Source: Psammoneis japonica (Eukaryota). Taken from it: a DNA stretch of 64,000 nt. Below, piece by piece: positions 48,644-61,448 of the stretch (position 1 is its first letter; each line of letters opens with the position of its first letter). Where the stretch lies: assembly GCA_008632985.1 (NCBI GenBank), contig QPGO01000061.1, forward strand, positions 248,001-312,000. Reading direction: 5' to 3'. The notes beneath the pieces were generated by a model. The model was not told the DNA's origin. It was given only the letters and a program-made list of their open reading frames with translations, and searched no databases. The position numbers and the translations under genes were made by a program.

Positions 48644-51455
48644 CTAAGATATCGGAGCGCCCACGAGACTGGCACAAGAGCATGGACCCGCGGATGATAG
48701 AATAACCTTGTCTTCCCACATGGCCTCACCACTCTCACCGGTTTTGAGTTGTTTCGACACGGCATCCCACGTTTTGCGCTTTTTCACTTGTTTAGAAGAA
48801 AAAGTCTCTCCAGTCAAGCCCTCAATATAGACGCGCTCTCCAACGACGGCACCATCTGGCGGGGTCACCAAAAACACTTTTTTGTCCGTCTTAGCGGCAA
48901 GAACCATGCCGTTGCTGCTGAAGCCAAGAATCTTGTAGGCTTCCAAATTACACACCACCAAGACAAGTTTGTCTTGCATCTCATCCAACTCGTAGTGACC
49001 TCGCAAACCAGAAACAATCTGGCGAGGACCCGTTTCTTCCCCAACATCAATTTCCTCACAGTAGAGCTTGTCGGCTTCGGGATGTTCCCATACCTTGTTA
49101 ATCTTACCCACGCGAATATCCATTTTGGTAAATTCTGCTTGATCGCTTTGACCAGCCTTGCTAGCGGCAATGGCCTTGGCTTTCTTTTGCTTTTTCTTTT
49201 GCTGTGCTTCCGCAAGAGACAAGGCTTTCTTCTTGGCGGCTTCTTCAGCATCGAGACGCTCTTCTTCCGAAAGGAGCTTGGTATACAGCACATCACCGAC
49301 CTGAACCTTGACTCCCACCACCAAATTACGTTGTCCCTGCAACTCTGCCAAGCTCACAGGAGCCGTGCCTAATTTACGGAATATCTCGCTTGCGCCCGTT
49401 GGCACAAAGGGCAAGAGGAAATGGGTGAGTGCATATAAATTGCTTCGAGTGTGGCTCGCACCACGATACGACGCGCCTCGGCATGTTCATCGCCCTTTTT
49501 CAACCACGGAGCTTCCTTGGTCAGATAGCCATTGACATCCCGAAAGCTCTGAATGGCAATCGTGGCACCCGCCTCTAGTTCAAAATTGTCCATCTTGTGA
49601 CTATACGACTCAATCACGGCACCCAAGTCGACGGGCAATTCTTGCGGAGCAGGCACGTCGGGAACAAGGCCGTCGCAACACTTGTTGCAAAGGTTGGTTG
49701 CCTGGTGAACCAAGTTGCCAAGCACATCACAAAGATCTGAATTGTGCATGTCATGCAGTGAATCCTCATCAAAGGATAATTCTCTGCCATGCGGAGCTTC
49801 CTTGCACAATCACCTGATTGAAAATGGTGTGAGTGTGACAAAATGGCAATGCCAAGCAATCACACACCAACAGCACTTGCCTCCTCACCAGGACATTTAT
49901 CCAGCATGTCGCGAGGATCCACAATGTTGCCCAAGCTCATGGACATTTTCTTTCCCTTGCTGTCATTGATGACCCATGTGCGAACACCATCTTGGGCAGT
50001 GGGACACCCGCAGACATTGACAGATGCGGCCAAATGATGGCATGGAACCAAAGGATGTCCTTTCCAACAATGTGCACATTGGCGGGCCAAAACCTCTTCA
50101 AGTCGACTCCCTCCTCCAATCCAAAGTGATCGACACCAGTCAGACAGTTGGACAGCACATCCACCCACACATGCATGACGTGATTGTCATCAAAGCCCTC
50201 TGGAACAGGAGTGCCCCATTCAAAACTTGTCCATGAAACACTCAAATCAAGAAGCTCATCTTGAGCGAGATGGAACAAGATGTGGTTTCGATGGGTCTGA
50301 GGATGAACAAAGTCCGGACTGGCTTCAATGCACTTGACCAAACGACCATGACAGGCAGACATTTTGAAAAAGCAACTCTCTTCTTCCACCTGTTTGAGCG
50401 GTGCTCCAGATGTTTTGTCCTTGCAGTCCGAGAGCTGTGCTTCCGAATCCGTGACAAAGGTTTCTTCACAGACATTGCACCAACCCTTGCAGTGATGAAG
50501 GCAAATGTCACCCTTGTCCGCAACATGCTTCCACAATTCCTTGGTGGTGTGTTTGTGATGATCTGACGTGGTGCAGATGCAATCATCATTGGAAATCAAA
50601 GTGCATTGATTCAAACACTGAAAGCCAGCCACGTGCTGAAAAAAGAAATTGAAGAACACTCAAGTCAAAATCACAGCGCTCACATCATGCACCTGGGACG
50701 CGTTCCAGCCCTAGGTGGGACTCCGTGTGACATTGGGCCCGTAGAATTCTACGTGCGAGCTCCGTAGTACGAGAATTTAATTAATGGATATATTTATCTT
50801 CAACATCAAATAAACGGCAAAGTTTGTGGTACAATTATGCATCTTACCACTCGACGTTTTTGCAATTGCACCTGCCCTACGCGATCTTAAGACAGTATAG
50901 AATCGCGCTGTAACAAAATGTCAAAGTTTTTGGACGGATCGCTCAATAAGTGTACCGTAAAATGACACAAAATATCAAAAAATCACGTAGAATTCTACGT
51001 GCGCGACATACGACGAGATTCAAAAAACTATCGATGTCACAGTTCAGTAGTACGAGGTCCCACCTAGACCTGGAACACGTCCTGGGACAATCACAACAGA
51101 GCACAAAAGCACACCTGACTGCAGAGATCAACAGGTTCCTTTCCTTCTCCGGCAGCCGTGTTGGCAATCTTTTGTCCGTGTTCATCGGAACCCATGACAA
51201 AACACGTGCCGTTGGTGCCCTTGAGACGTGCAAAGTGGGCCAAGGCATCAGTTGTGGCGGCTTGCATGCATGACCCATGTGATCAGGACCATTGGCACAG
51301 TTGATGGCCGCAGCAATGCAGAAGGCATCTTCACTGCCACCAGGCTGTTTGCCACCTGCCTTGGCACTGCAACCACAATCAATCATCTCCTCATCCTTGA
51401 CGGTGAAACAATCGTAAGATTCTGATTTCTCCTCTGCTGCTGTGTTGTTGCTCAT
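48644..51455 (-). pseudogene. MARS: Methionyl-tRNA synthetase pseudogene with C-terminal tRNA-binding (EMAPII/Trbp111-like) domain
   Basis: HMGH (HIGH) motif, GSDEHGQKIA, GKDILWFH, KMSMSLGN (KMSKS), DIRVG..HPEADKLY..RQIVSGL. Frameshifts and Tyr->Cys/His substitutions are present, and a MITE sits inside intron ~50636-51114. Confidence 0.9.
50697..51081. mobile_element. MITE with GACGYGTTCCAG..CTAGGTGGGA TIRs, 4-bp TSD CTGG
   Basis: TIRs at both ends and CTGG at 50693-50696 and 51082-51085. Related to 56741-57136 in opposite orientation. Confidence 0.9.
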
Positions 51456-52299
51456 GGTTCTTGCTTGTTTGTGCCCTCTCTCTTTGGCACTCTTGGAAAA
51501 TTTATGAGGTGTGACTGTCGGTTCACAAACGGAAGCAACCTCGCATGCAATTTTGCCATGGGTGAGGTGCTGAGTCACCAGCATGTGGGACTCACCACTT
51601 CATGTTTGCGCACACTTGACTCAGCCCTGGGCCCTCATTTTTCTTCAAGGAAAACCCCGCAATGCTGCTCATGAAAACACCAGTGGCACACATGCTTCAC
51701 TGGTCAAAAAGACATTTCTGTCCAATGGCACCAAGCAGGCAGCATTTCTGGTGACTTTTTTAACACAGAAATGTTGCAACTTTGCTTTGCATCAAAGTCA
51801 TGCTCGTGTGGTGCAACAAAGCACTGGAAGACTCATGATCTTGTCATCATTGTCAGAGAGTTGAAGCAGCACAGCATTGTCATGGTGAGGTGCTCTCATG
51901 ACAACCACAAATGCATGTTCCTTTTGCAGCTGCAAGTTCAACAGCAATGCTCCATGTTTCATGCAATGCAGAGCATCCATTTTCAGTGGTGGCGCTGCAG
52001 AGACAGCACACAGCAGTGAGCTGCTGACGTGCATCTCATTCCTTGCTGTCTGTCAACTGTGTGTAGAGCTTCAATGCAGAAATGTTGCAAGAGGGATCTT
52101 CTGAGCTTTGCATCAAACACAAGCTTGTGCCATGTGACAAATGCAAAAAGACATCTCAAGCGCCAATTGTGGAAGTTGAGCAAACACAAGGTTGCACTTG
52201 CAAATGAGAACAGACAATCCCGTGGCTGTTTCATGTCACACTGGGATGGTTCAACAATGGGACAAACAACACAAGCATCATTTGCAGCTTTGTCACCAG

Positions 52300-53500
52300 C
52301 AAACCAACAATGATTGTGTCTGAGATTTTCTGTCATGCTGCAAAAGTGCGGGGCACCAGGACAGCTGCTTGGAATTTTGAATGGGTCATCACCAAAATCT
52401 GACAAGCAATGCTGCCCACTCTGTCAAGCTCCAAAAAAGACCAACAGGCTGCATCTTTGTCTGTGACTTTCACCACCCCAAGCTGCACTCCACCTTGATT
52501 GACAGCGCAACTTCACCACTGCCTGCGGAATCAACCCAACCAATGTCACATTGGACTCATTTGAAAAGTCACATGAAACCAGATCGTGCACCTGCGCAGC
52601 AACACAATGTGATTCCAAAACACCTGAAGTTGCTGTTGCTAAAGTTCTGCACCATGGCAAGGTGTTCACCCACCAATTGCAGACCAAGCCTGCATCCAGC
52701 CCCAGCAGACCTCCTGCCAAAATGCCCCAGATTTTGAAGATGTGCACCAATGTGCTGCTTTTCACATTGACAGCACCCAACAGAAACAAGACACTGTTTC
52801 TTCACCAACTGCACATGATGCGCTGCACCACCACACCCATTGATCTACCTTCTGATGACTCAGCAGCAGCAGCGGCACCAACTTGCAACCCCACCCAGTC
52901 TCTTTGTGTCGCAACAGAGCACCTCTTGTGGCACTGATGTCTGGGACACCCCAGCAACCCCTGCCTTTGCAAGGCCTGCAAGTGCGTTAAAAGAGCACCC
53001 ACTTTTGCCCACAAGAGAACCCCATCCTCAATGCATGCCCTGCACACATTCAACAGGTGAAACAAGTCAAGAATCCCACTTGACCCAACAACACTCAAAA
53101 TGCCACACAACATGCAACCCCACCAAGGACTCATCGTTGACTTTGCACCCACTGGATGGTCTTCCAAAATTGCTGAATGAGCTGCAGACTGTGTTGGTGT
53201 GAATGGAGAAACATGTTGAACCATGCAGTTTGTGATCATTGCACACACATGCTCCATGAAAGGGAGCCAGTTGAATTGGCTTCAGTGATTCCTGCACCAG
53301 CATTTCCCAAATTGTTGGGACAAACATGCAGTTGTGGACCAAGGTGGCAAGCTGTGCCAAAACCCCAAGGTTTGCAAACTCTTTGAAGACAATTTTGAAC
53401 TTGTGCTGTTTTGGTGCTGGTGCCTCCAACCAATGTGGGCCGGTTGAACACACACACCTCAGGCTCAAAATGGAGTTCACACGCTCCTCATCTGAGCCAA
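52300..53500 (-). mobile_element. Highly degenerate Ty3/gypsy-like RT relic
   Basis: Fragments ACIEDG (YIDD-like), KRCSVATQRDWVG (KCEW..ETDWLG-like) and LGAVN appear in the expected order. TpA/CpG-depleted. Confidence 0.4.
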
Positions 53501-55002
53501 CCTCCTGATCTGTTTTTGGCCTCATGACTTTGACCTTTTCATCTGCACATCAAGAAAGCCACACCATCTCAAGACCAAGAAGCAGCTCCTGTCACCAAGA
53601 AAACTGGCAAACAAGAGGACTTTTTCAATGCTGCAAACTTTTGGATGCTGAGCACAGATTTGCCTGCCTGGCTGCCACAAAGCTGAAGTCAAGACCAACT
53701 CAAAGGGGGGCACTCTGCTTGGACATCTCCCCAATGCTGACATGTGCCTTTGGGTTCACCAGGCACTGAGTTGAGTGTCTAGATTGCTGACCACAACTGA
53801 GTGTTTGTTGCTCACTTTTGTCTTGGTCGTGCGCTGTCATTTGGCCACCCCATTTCTCTTGAGTTCTCTTGTCACGTGTCAAGCACATTGCTTTGCATGA
53901 ATTTGAGTTGAGAGTTGAAAGGAGAGTCTTTGGGAAAACAAGACATTGTGCCTTGTGCTCAAATGCAATTGCAAGAACAACACTCATCAAGGTTCAGATT
54001 GATCGCTCGCATTGTTGTCAACATTTGACCATTTCCTCCTGAGGGGCTGCAAAAGACTGCATCTTGCATTTGATTCTGACATTTTGCACATTCAAAGCAC
54101 GCAGTCATTGTTCAAAGACGCGCTTCTTAAAAGATCAATTTTGCACTGAAGCACGTCTAAATTAAATGCAAAACAACAAAGATGCTCAGTTTGGGGCAGC
54201 AGACACATCAGGTGCAGATGCTGGGTCATCTTGCTGGCATGAAACATCAGTTAGGGCCCAATTGATCCTGTGAAACAGGGCAAAGTCATCACAAAAATTG
54301 GTCCACTGCTGCACAGCCAGAGCTCCACACATTTTGGTCCATCTGTCGCCAGTTTGTGCCAACATGTTGAGGGAAATGAACAAGGAGGCCAGAGTGTCCA
54401 TGTCCCAATTGACAAATCATCTGAGACAAAAAAACAATGTCTGCTCCTCATGCAGAGCAACAAGAGACAACAACAAAGCACATGGTGGCTCGCAAACACA
54501 GTTGTTGAAGAGGCAGACCAACTGAGTCTTGTGTGATTTTTTAATTTTTCATTTCCAATGAATGCAAAAACACATTCGTTGGGAGGAAACTGTCAATGGG
54601 ATTCTGACCAAGATTTGTGTTCAGTGGTTGATTCGATTTGACAGGATTTGAGTGGGATTTGCTCTGTGCGTGATTTTCTTGAGTGCTGTTTTGGTGTGTG
54701 TCACCCACAGGTTTGTGTGCTTTTAGCTCCTTGCACTCTTGCAAGAAGCAGCTTTGCTTTCCAGCCACCCAGATTGCAAGAATGATGACAAAGGCCCAAA
54801 TTCATGATGCATGTCCATCGGCTCCTGCAACAGTCTCTCTGCACCGAGGCTCATCTGCCATTTGGACAGCAGCAAGGAGCGTCATTTTCTTCCACCCCAT
54901 TTTGTCTTCTTTGTTTTCTGTCATGACTCTTGTTTTTGAAACATTTGTGTCCTCTCCTTGCTTTTCACTGTGATGTTGTCTCACAAAAAGTTGTGCCTTT
55001 AA

Positions 55003-55449
55003 CACCGCATCCACGGATTCACCAGGCAACACTCGGGTACGGCAAAAAGTGTGCATTTGGTCAAAATCGATTGTTGAGTGCAAATGGTGGTATCTTTAGG
55101 GTCCCTTTAGTGAGCCGATGACGCACATTTCTCATCTGACCATCACAGGTCGTCTTACGGGGGATGTCAAAACGTCGTGCTTTAATGTGTGAATTTTCAA
55201 TTTTATATAACCTTAATGGCTGAATACATTATATAACGATTAATCCTCGAGACGCGTCAAAGCACGACGTTTTGACACCCCCCATAAGACGGACCTGTGA
55301 TGGTCAAATGAGAAATGTGCGTGTTCGGCTCACTAAAGAGACCCTAAAGACACCACCATTTGCACTCAATGATCGATTTTGACCAAATGCACACTTTTTG
55401 CCACACCCGACTTTTGCCAATTTTGCCTGGTGAATCCGTGGATGCGGTG
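55003..55449. mobile_element. piggyBac-like MITE with ~180-bp inverted arms
   Basis: CACCGCATCC...GGATGCGGTG flanked by TTAA (54999-55002, 55450-55453). Arms at ~55003-55184 and ~55259-55449. Confidence 0.85.
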
Positions 55450-56740
55450 TTAAAACTTTGTGAAGATCCTCTGCAACATCTGCAATTGCACATTGTCTTG
55501 TCATGGCTTTTGAAAGATTCAAAAGTGCACAGAGCCGTTGTTTCTTGCTCCTTTGTGCTGTTGGACTTCAGCAGCATGGGGGGTGTTGACTGTGCCCAAA
55601 ACAGCACTGTGGAGTGAAACAGGCCTCCACAAGAAGTGAGCACTGCTCCCTTTGATGTGGGTGCCTTTTTTGAGGCACTTCATGCTTGGCAAGAAGATGT
55701 GTGTGCCATGCTTTGGTCACAGGATCCAGCAGATGGAGCACCAACTCCAAGAGCTGCAGCTTGCATCAGCTCTGGTGAGTGGGAGATGGCAAAGCTGTCA
55801 CTTCCCTTTCTTGTCTGTCTTCCACTGCTTGTTCTGGTGGGGTGGGGGGCAGTGTGGGGCTGTCTTCAAAATCTGTGGCTCCCATGGTGTGCCGCTGGCT
55901 TTGAACATGCTGTTTTCTGCTCTGAGCTGCAGAGGGGTGCTGTCTCATGCAAAAGGATGTGGAGTTTTGTGTGCTTGATGATGAGTGGAAAACCAGGGTT
56001 GTTTGTGCACTCAGAGAAAGTGTGCTCTGGCAGCAAGTGGGAGAAAAGCATGTGTGCTCATGTGCCAGCTCCCATGGTGCCACTTGGTTTTGAGCACACC
56101 AACTTCTGCTCCAAGTGGTTGTGAGTCCATGCACCTTTCTTTGCATGTCCCCAGGTTCAAGGCATCCCAACTTCCAACCTTTTCTTTTCTTTGAGGTGCT
56201 CACCCAGCACATGTGTGTGCTCTTGTGCACACATGACAGATGTCATGCTGACACAGCATGTGTGCACCCTTGCACTCAATCAAGGGGCAACACTTCCCCA
56301 GCCAGAAGAGTGGCATGGAGTTTGGCCACTGTGTGTGGAATGATGAGTGGAAAGCCAAGGTTTGCTCATTCAGAAAGTGTGCTCTGGTGGCAGAGCCATT
56401 GGGAGAAAAGCAGCATGCAAGCACAATGCACGCCAGCTCTCAATGTGTCGCGCTGGCTTTTGGCTCACTGATTTCTGCTCTGAGCAAGCACTGGGGATTG
56501 GCCTTGCACATGTTGAGACCATGTGTCATGTCACACCCACCATTGATGGCGACACACTCTCATTTTTTGCCAGGACATTTTGATGACTGCCACAGTGTCT
56601 CAAACTTGGGCACGGAGGTTGATTTTTTGCAAAAAAAAAAAAGGCAGCACCTGCACGATTTCTGTGGCGTCCCCACCCACAACAACAGCGAAACCCAGCG
56701 CAAAGGCAACAAATGCACATGGTGTGTGGGGGGCGTCTCC

Positions 56741-57136
56741 GACGCGTTCCAGTCCTAGGTGGGAGCTCGTAGTACTGACGTGTGACAACAATAATTTTTA
56801 TCATCCGTCGTATGTTTCGTACGTAGATTTCTACGTGTGATGTTTAAAAAAAATTGTCCAGACTCGCTGTTTTGCGAAGCCCCAGACGTTTTATATAACA
56901 AATTTATAGAAACAATAATGCGCCAGTTACATTCTTCAATGTCTGAAGAATGTAACTGGCTAAGTAAAAAATGATGTACTTCAATCATGTGCGAGTTTGT
57001 GCGTTCGCAAAATTGCCTCATTTTCTGTTGGCGATCATTGACATTTTAATTACCGTATAATTTTACTACGGAGCTCGCACGTAGAAGTCTACGGGCCCAA
57101 TGTCACACGGATTCCCACCTACGTCTGGAACGCGTC
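56741..57136. mobile_element. MITE with GACGCGTTCCAG TIRs, 4-bp TSD CTCC
   Basis: CTCC at 56737-56740 and 57137-57140. 57064-57122 is the near-exact reverse complement of 50711-50769. Confidence 0.9.
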
Positions 57137-57504
57137 CTCCATCTGTCCAGTGCTGGCCATAGAATCTTGTGTGTGGGGCCCTCTCTCTACTGGCAGCTAG
57201 CTAGCCACTGCTGGCTAGCTGCTGGTGCTAGCTCTGCTGGCAGTAGAGCAGAGTGGGAGCCACGGCGGGCGACAGGCAGGTGGCGTGGTGCGTGCGTGGC
57301 TGGTTGGTTGGTTGGCGCGTCTGTACTTCCCCACTACAGCTCAAATCGCGCTCTCGCGTCCATACCGCGTCCACACAAAAAATGCAAGGCAGAGCCGCTA
57401 AAGCTAACACCCAGCCCACATTGAGGTATCAAGAAGAGGCAACGAAAACACACGAAACGCCACTATACACCCTTTTTTTTTGCTTTTGCATCACACAATA
57501 TACC

Positions 57505-57876
57505 ATGCCAAAGGTAGAAAAGAAAAAGCGACGACAAGAGACAAAGAAAAAAGAAAGCGGAGGCATGGATGAAATTGATAAACTCTTTCAAGACAAGAAG
57601 GAAAAGGAAATAATACAGAAACAAAAACAAAAACAACAAAAGAAGAAACAACAGAAACGAACTACTAAATTGGAATACAATCGCAACGATTTAAAGCAGA
57701 TCCAATCATCCTCTCAATGGATGGACGATGGTTTGGGTGGTAAATTCAATCACGAGGGTTATACGGGACGGGAGCTCAAGGATGGGACCAAGGTGTACAA
57801 GGCACACTTGTTTAACAAACCCAATTTTGGCAATACCAAGGACTGTCCATTCGATTGTAATTGTTGTTTTATTTAG
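57505..57876 (+). CDS. DUF1764-family small basic protein
   Basis: EIDKLF, Lys-rich middle, DG..VY and C-terminal GNTKDCPFDCNCCF. Confidence 0.85.
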   Translation: MPKVEKKKRRQETKKKESGGMDEIDKLFQDKKEKEIIQKQKQKQQKKKQQKRTTKLEYNRNDLKQIQSSSQWMDDGLGGKFNHEGYTGRELKDGTKVYKAHLFNKPNFGNTKDCPFDCNCCFI

Positions 57877-57879
57877 AGT

Positions 57880-59013
<1,134 letters not shown>

Positions 59014-59463
59014 CTAGTTCTTTTGTTGTTCCTACAACAGACAAAAGGCTCATGAATAACTGCTTGATGCGTCGTCGCGTCGGAGGGAAAAAAAGGCAAA
59101 AAAATGAGTGGCTGTTTTCTGCCGTCTGTCATGCGCCACTCGGACCGTTCGTTTTGCGCGTGAAATCCGCGCTCGTATTGTTAGGATTTTTTGGATTGAA
59201 ATCGGAGAGTTTGCAAAGATTGAAATGGTACCACCGACATGCTACTCTCTCTCTTAGAGAATGTGGCAAAATCTACAAGCTTTCTAGCATGGTTGGCGGA
59301 GCAGAGGTTCATTAGTGATCGTGAAGTGTGTGGTGGTGTGACGCAGCATGTGAGTGGTAAATGCCTTTGTGTTGACTGGACCAAAACAATGCTTTTAACT
59401 AAAAAGAAGACGAAATCTTATCATTAAAAACAAACACCCCCACAATGCCTCACGTTGTTTCTT

Positions 59464-60735
59464 TTAAATGCTCGCGAATCCAAAGGCTTGGTACAAAAAC
59501 TCAATGGTGACCAACTGGATGGTTGCGCTGGGAGCAAACCTTGCCCTGCCGTGTGTGGAGAGAGACACAATAGAATCGATTGGTGCCTGGATGAGTGTCT
59601 CTCTATCGAGAATATAGGAAATGCGATACAACTGTAAAAAAAACACGAAACATTTCACTCACCAAATAGGAACAAATCCTCTCCACAGAGACAAAACACC
59701 ACCTTCTTGTACCGTTTTGACGGCACAATCCACAAACCCATCATAGAGTTTCTTGTCGGTGGGTTGGTTCATGAGGTTGGTACGGATCCGATCAAAGGGA
59801 CTCACCGTACAAGTCATGATGAATCCAGCTACACCTGCCGAACAAAACACCGTCTTGATGTCCTTTCGGTCCCTGCATGCGACAAGAGTTTTTTCGAGAC
59901 GAAAAGTGCAACATAATGAGACGTCGCATTCGAAAATACATCATAAACTCTCGTTTTATATATATTCACTTTTTTATTACACTCACCACCCGGTTGCTTC
60001 GGCAACGTAACCCTTGGAAATGTCGTAACAGCCCATTTTGGTGGCATTCAAAACACAAGCACGCATGACATTGGCTTGTACACCACGGTAAAAACCAGCC
60101 ACGCCTTGTTGACGGTACATTTCGGAAATCAATGTCGTCAAGGCCACACTCTCACCCTGATTGGCTTGTGACAATGTTTTGAGTACGTCAAAGGGATTGC
60201 CTGTGAAGAATGGTGGCGAAAAAATAGTAATAAATCATGAGATTCCTATTCGAGAGCATCAACGATCGTGTGGCAGAATGAATCAGAGCAGAGCGTATTC
60301 TTACCAACGACACTCCCAACTCCACCCGTGATAGCTCCAGCTGTAAACTTGAGATAGAACGGAGCGTCCTTTCCAGAGGCGCCAAGAGCTGAAAAGAGGA
60401 TGAGACAGGAGTCAGACGCGGAGTACTAGTACGAGATTCATACACACTACATGCATATACTCACCATCTCGTACAGGCGCATACGCTCCTAGCTTGATAC
60501 TGGCATACGATCCTTCTCGTCCCCACGCCCAGACAATGCCCTTCCAAAAGGCTGACGGTCCTTCCTTGGAAAAGGTACTCCCCACAACACGTACCAAACC
60601 ATCTCCCGAAACTTGCATGCGTGTCTTGACCGTTTCAATGGGATGGGTAAAGTTGACAGTAAACACACACGAGGCGCCCCCCAATGCAATCGATTGCAAC
60701 AGCGATGGCTTGGACAATGATTCGGACGACGACAT
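59464..60735 (-). CDS. Mitochondrial carrier (SLC25; UCP/dicarboxylate-oxoglutarate-like), multi-exon
   Basis: Three carrier signatures [17 protein letters not shown] and [10 protein letters not shown], plus [14 protein letters not shown]. Four apparent GT-AG introns. Confidence 0.9.
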
Positions 60736-61448
60736 GATGAGAAAGAAGCTGTGGCTACTGTATAAAGAGCCGAGAAATAATTGTGAAAAAGATTCACGGC
60801 AGCAAGAGAAGAAAGGCTCGGCAGAAGGGGCGTTGCCAATGGTCGTCGTCGGAAGATATAAGATGGATAAGAGCTCGCTGTCGGAAGCGGTCGGAAGCAG
60901 GGGCGCGCTGGCAATCCAGCGACAAGATACCCATCATTTATTATTCATCTATAAATATTTTCAGTCCACAATCCAAACTTGCCACCGGCGAGAGGCAAGC
61001 TTTCCCGCCAAAAAACGCGCGACAAAAGTGCGCGGTGATGTTCATGTGATGAGAACTCAAAACAGAGAGAGCATAGACGGAACCCGGACGCTGAATTGCT
61101 GTGACCCTCCGGAGCCAGAATTTTTTTTACCACGACAAAACCACGGCCTCTGACGACCTCCTCTTTTCATATTACCGCTGTTCAACAAGACGCTTGCTCT
61201 CCCCGACACCACTTGCGCTCTTAACAATACATACTAAGAGCCTTACATTGGGTAAGTAATGTCATTTATTTTGTGCTTTCCACGGGCTCAGGAAGCATCG
61301 ACACTAACCTGTTTTTCTTCTCTTCAGCTGCCCATTACAGCTCGTCCATCACGCCCCACTCGAAGACGTATATCTCCATTGCCGTCAACAGTAGCCCGTC
61401 ACCACTGGCGCATCCATTAGCTTTGTTATTCCTCTACCTCTGGTAGTG

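Noticed and set aside
60494..61153. 219-aa plus-strand ORF
   Set aside because: Antisense to exon 1 and the promoter of the mitochondrial carrier gene, with no domain features.
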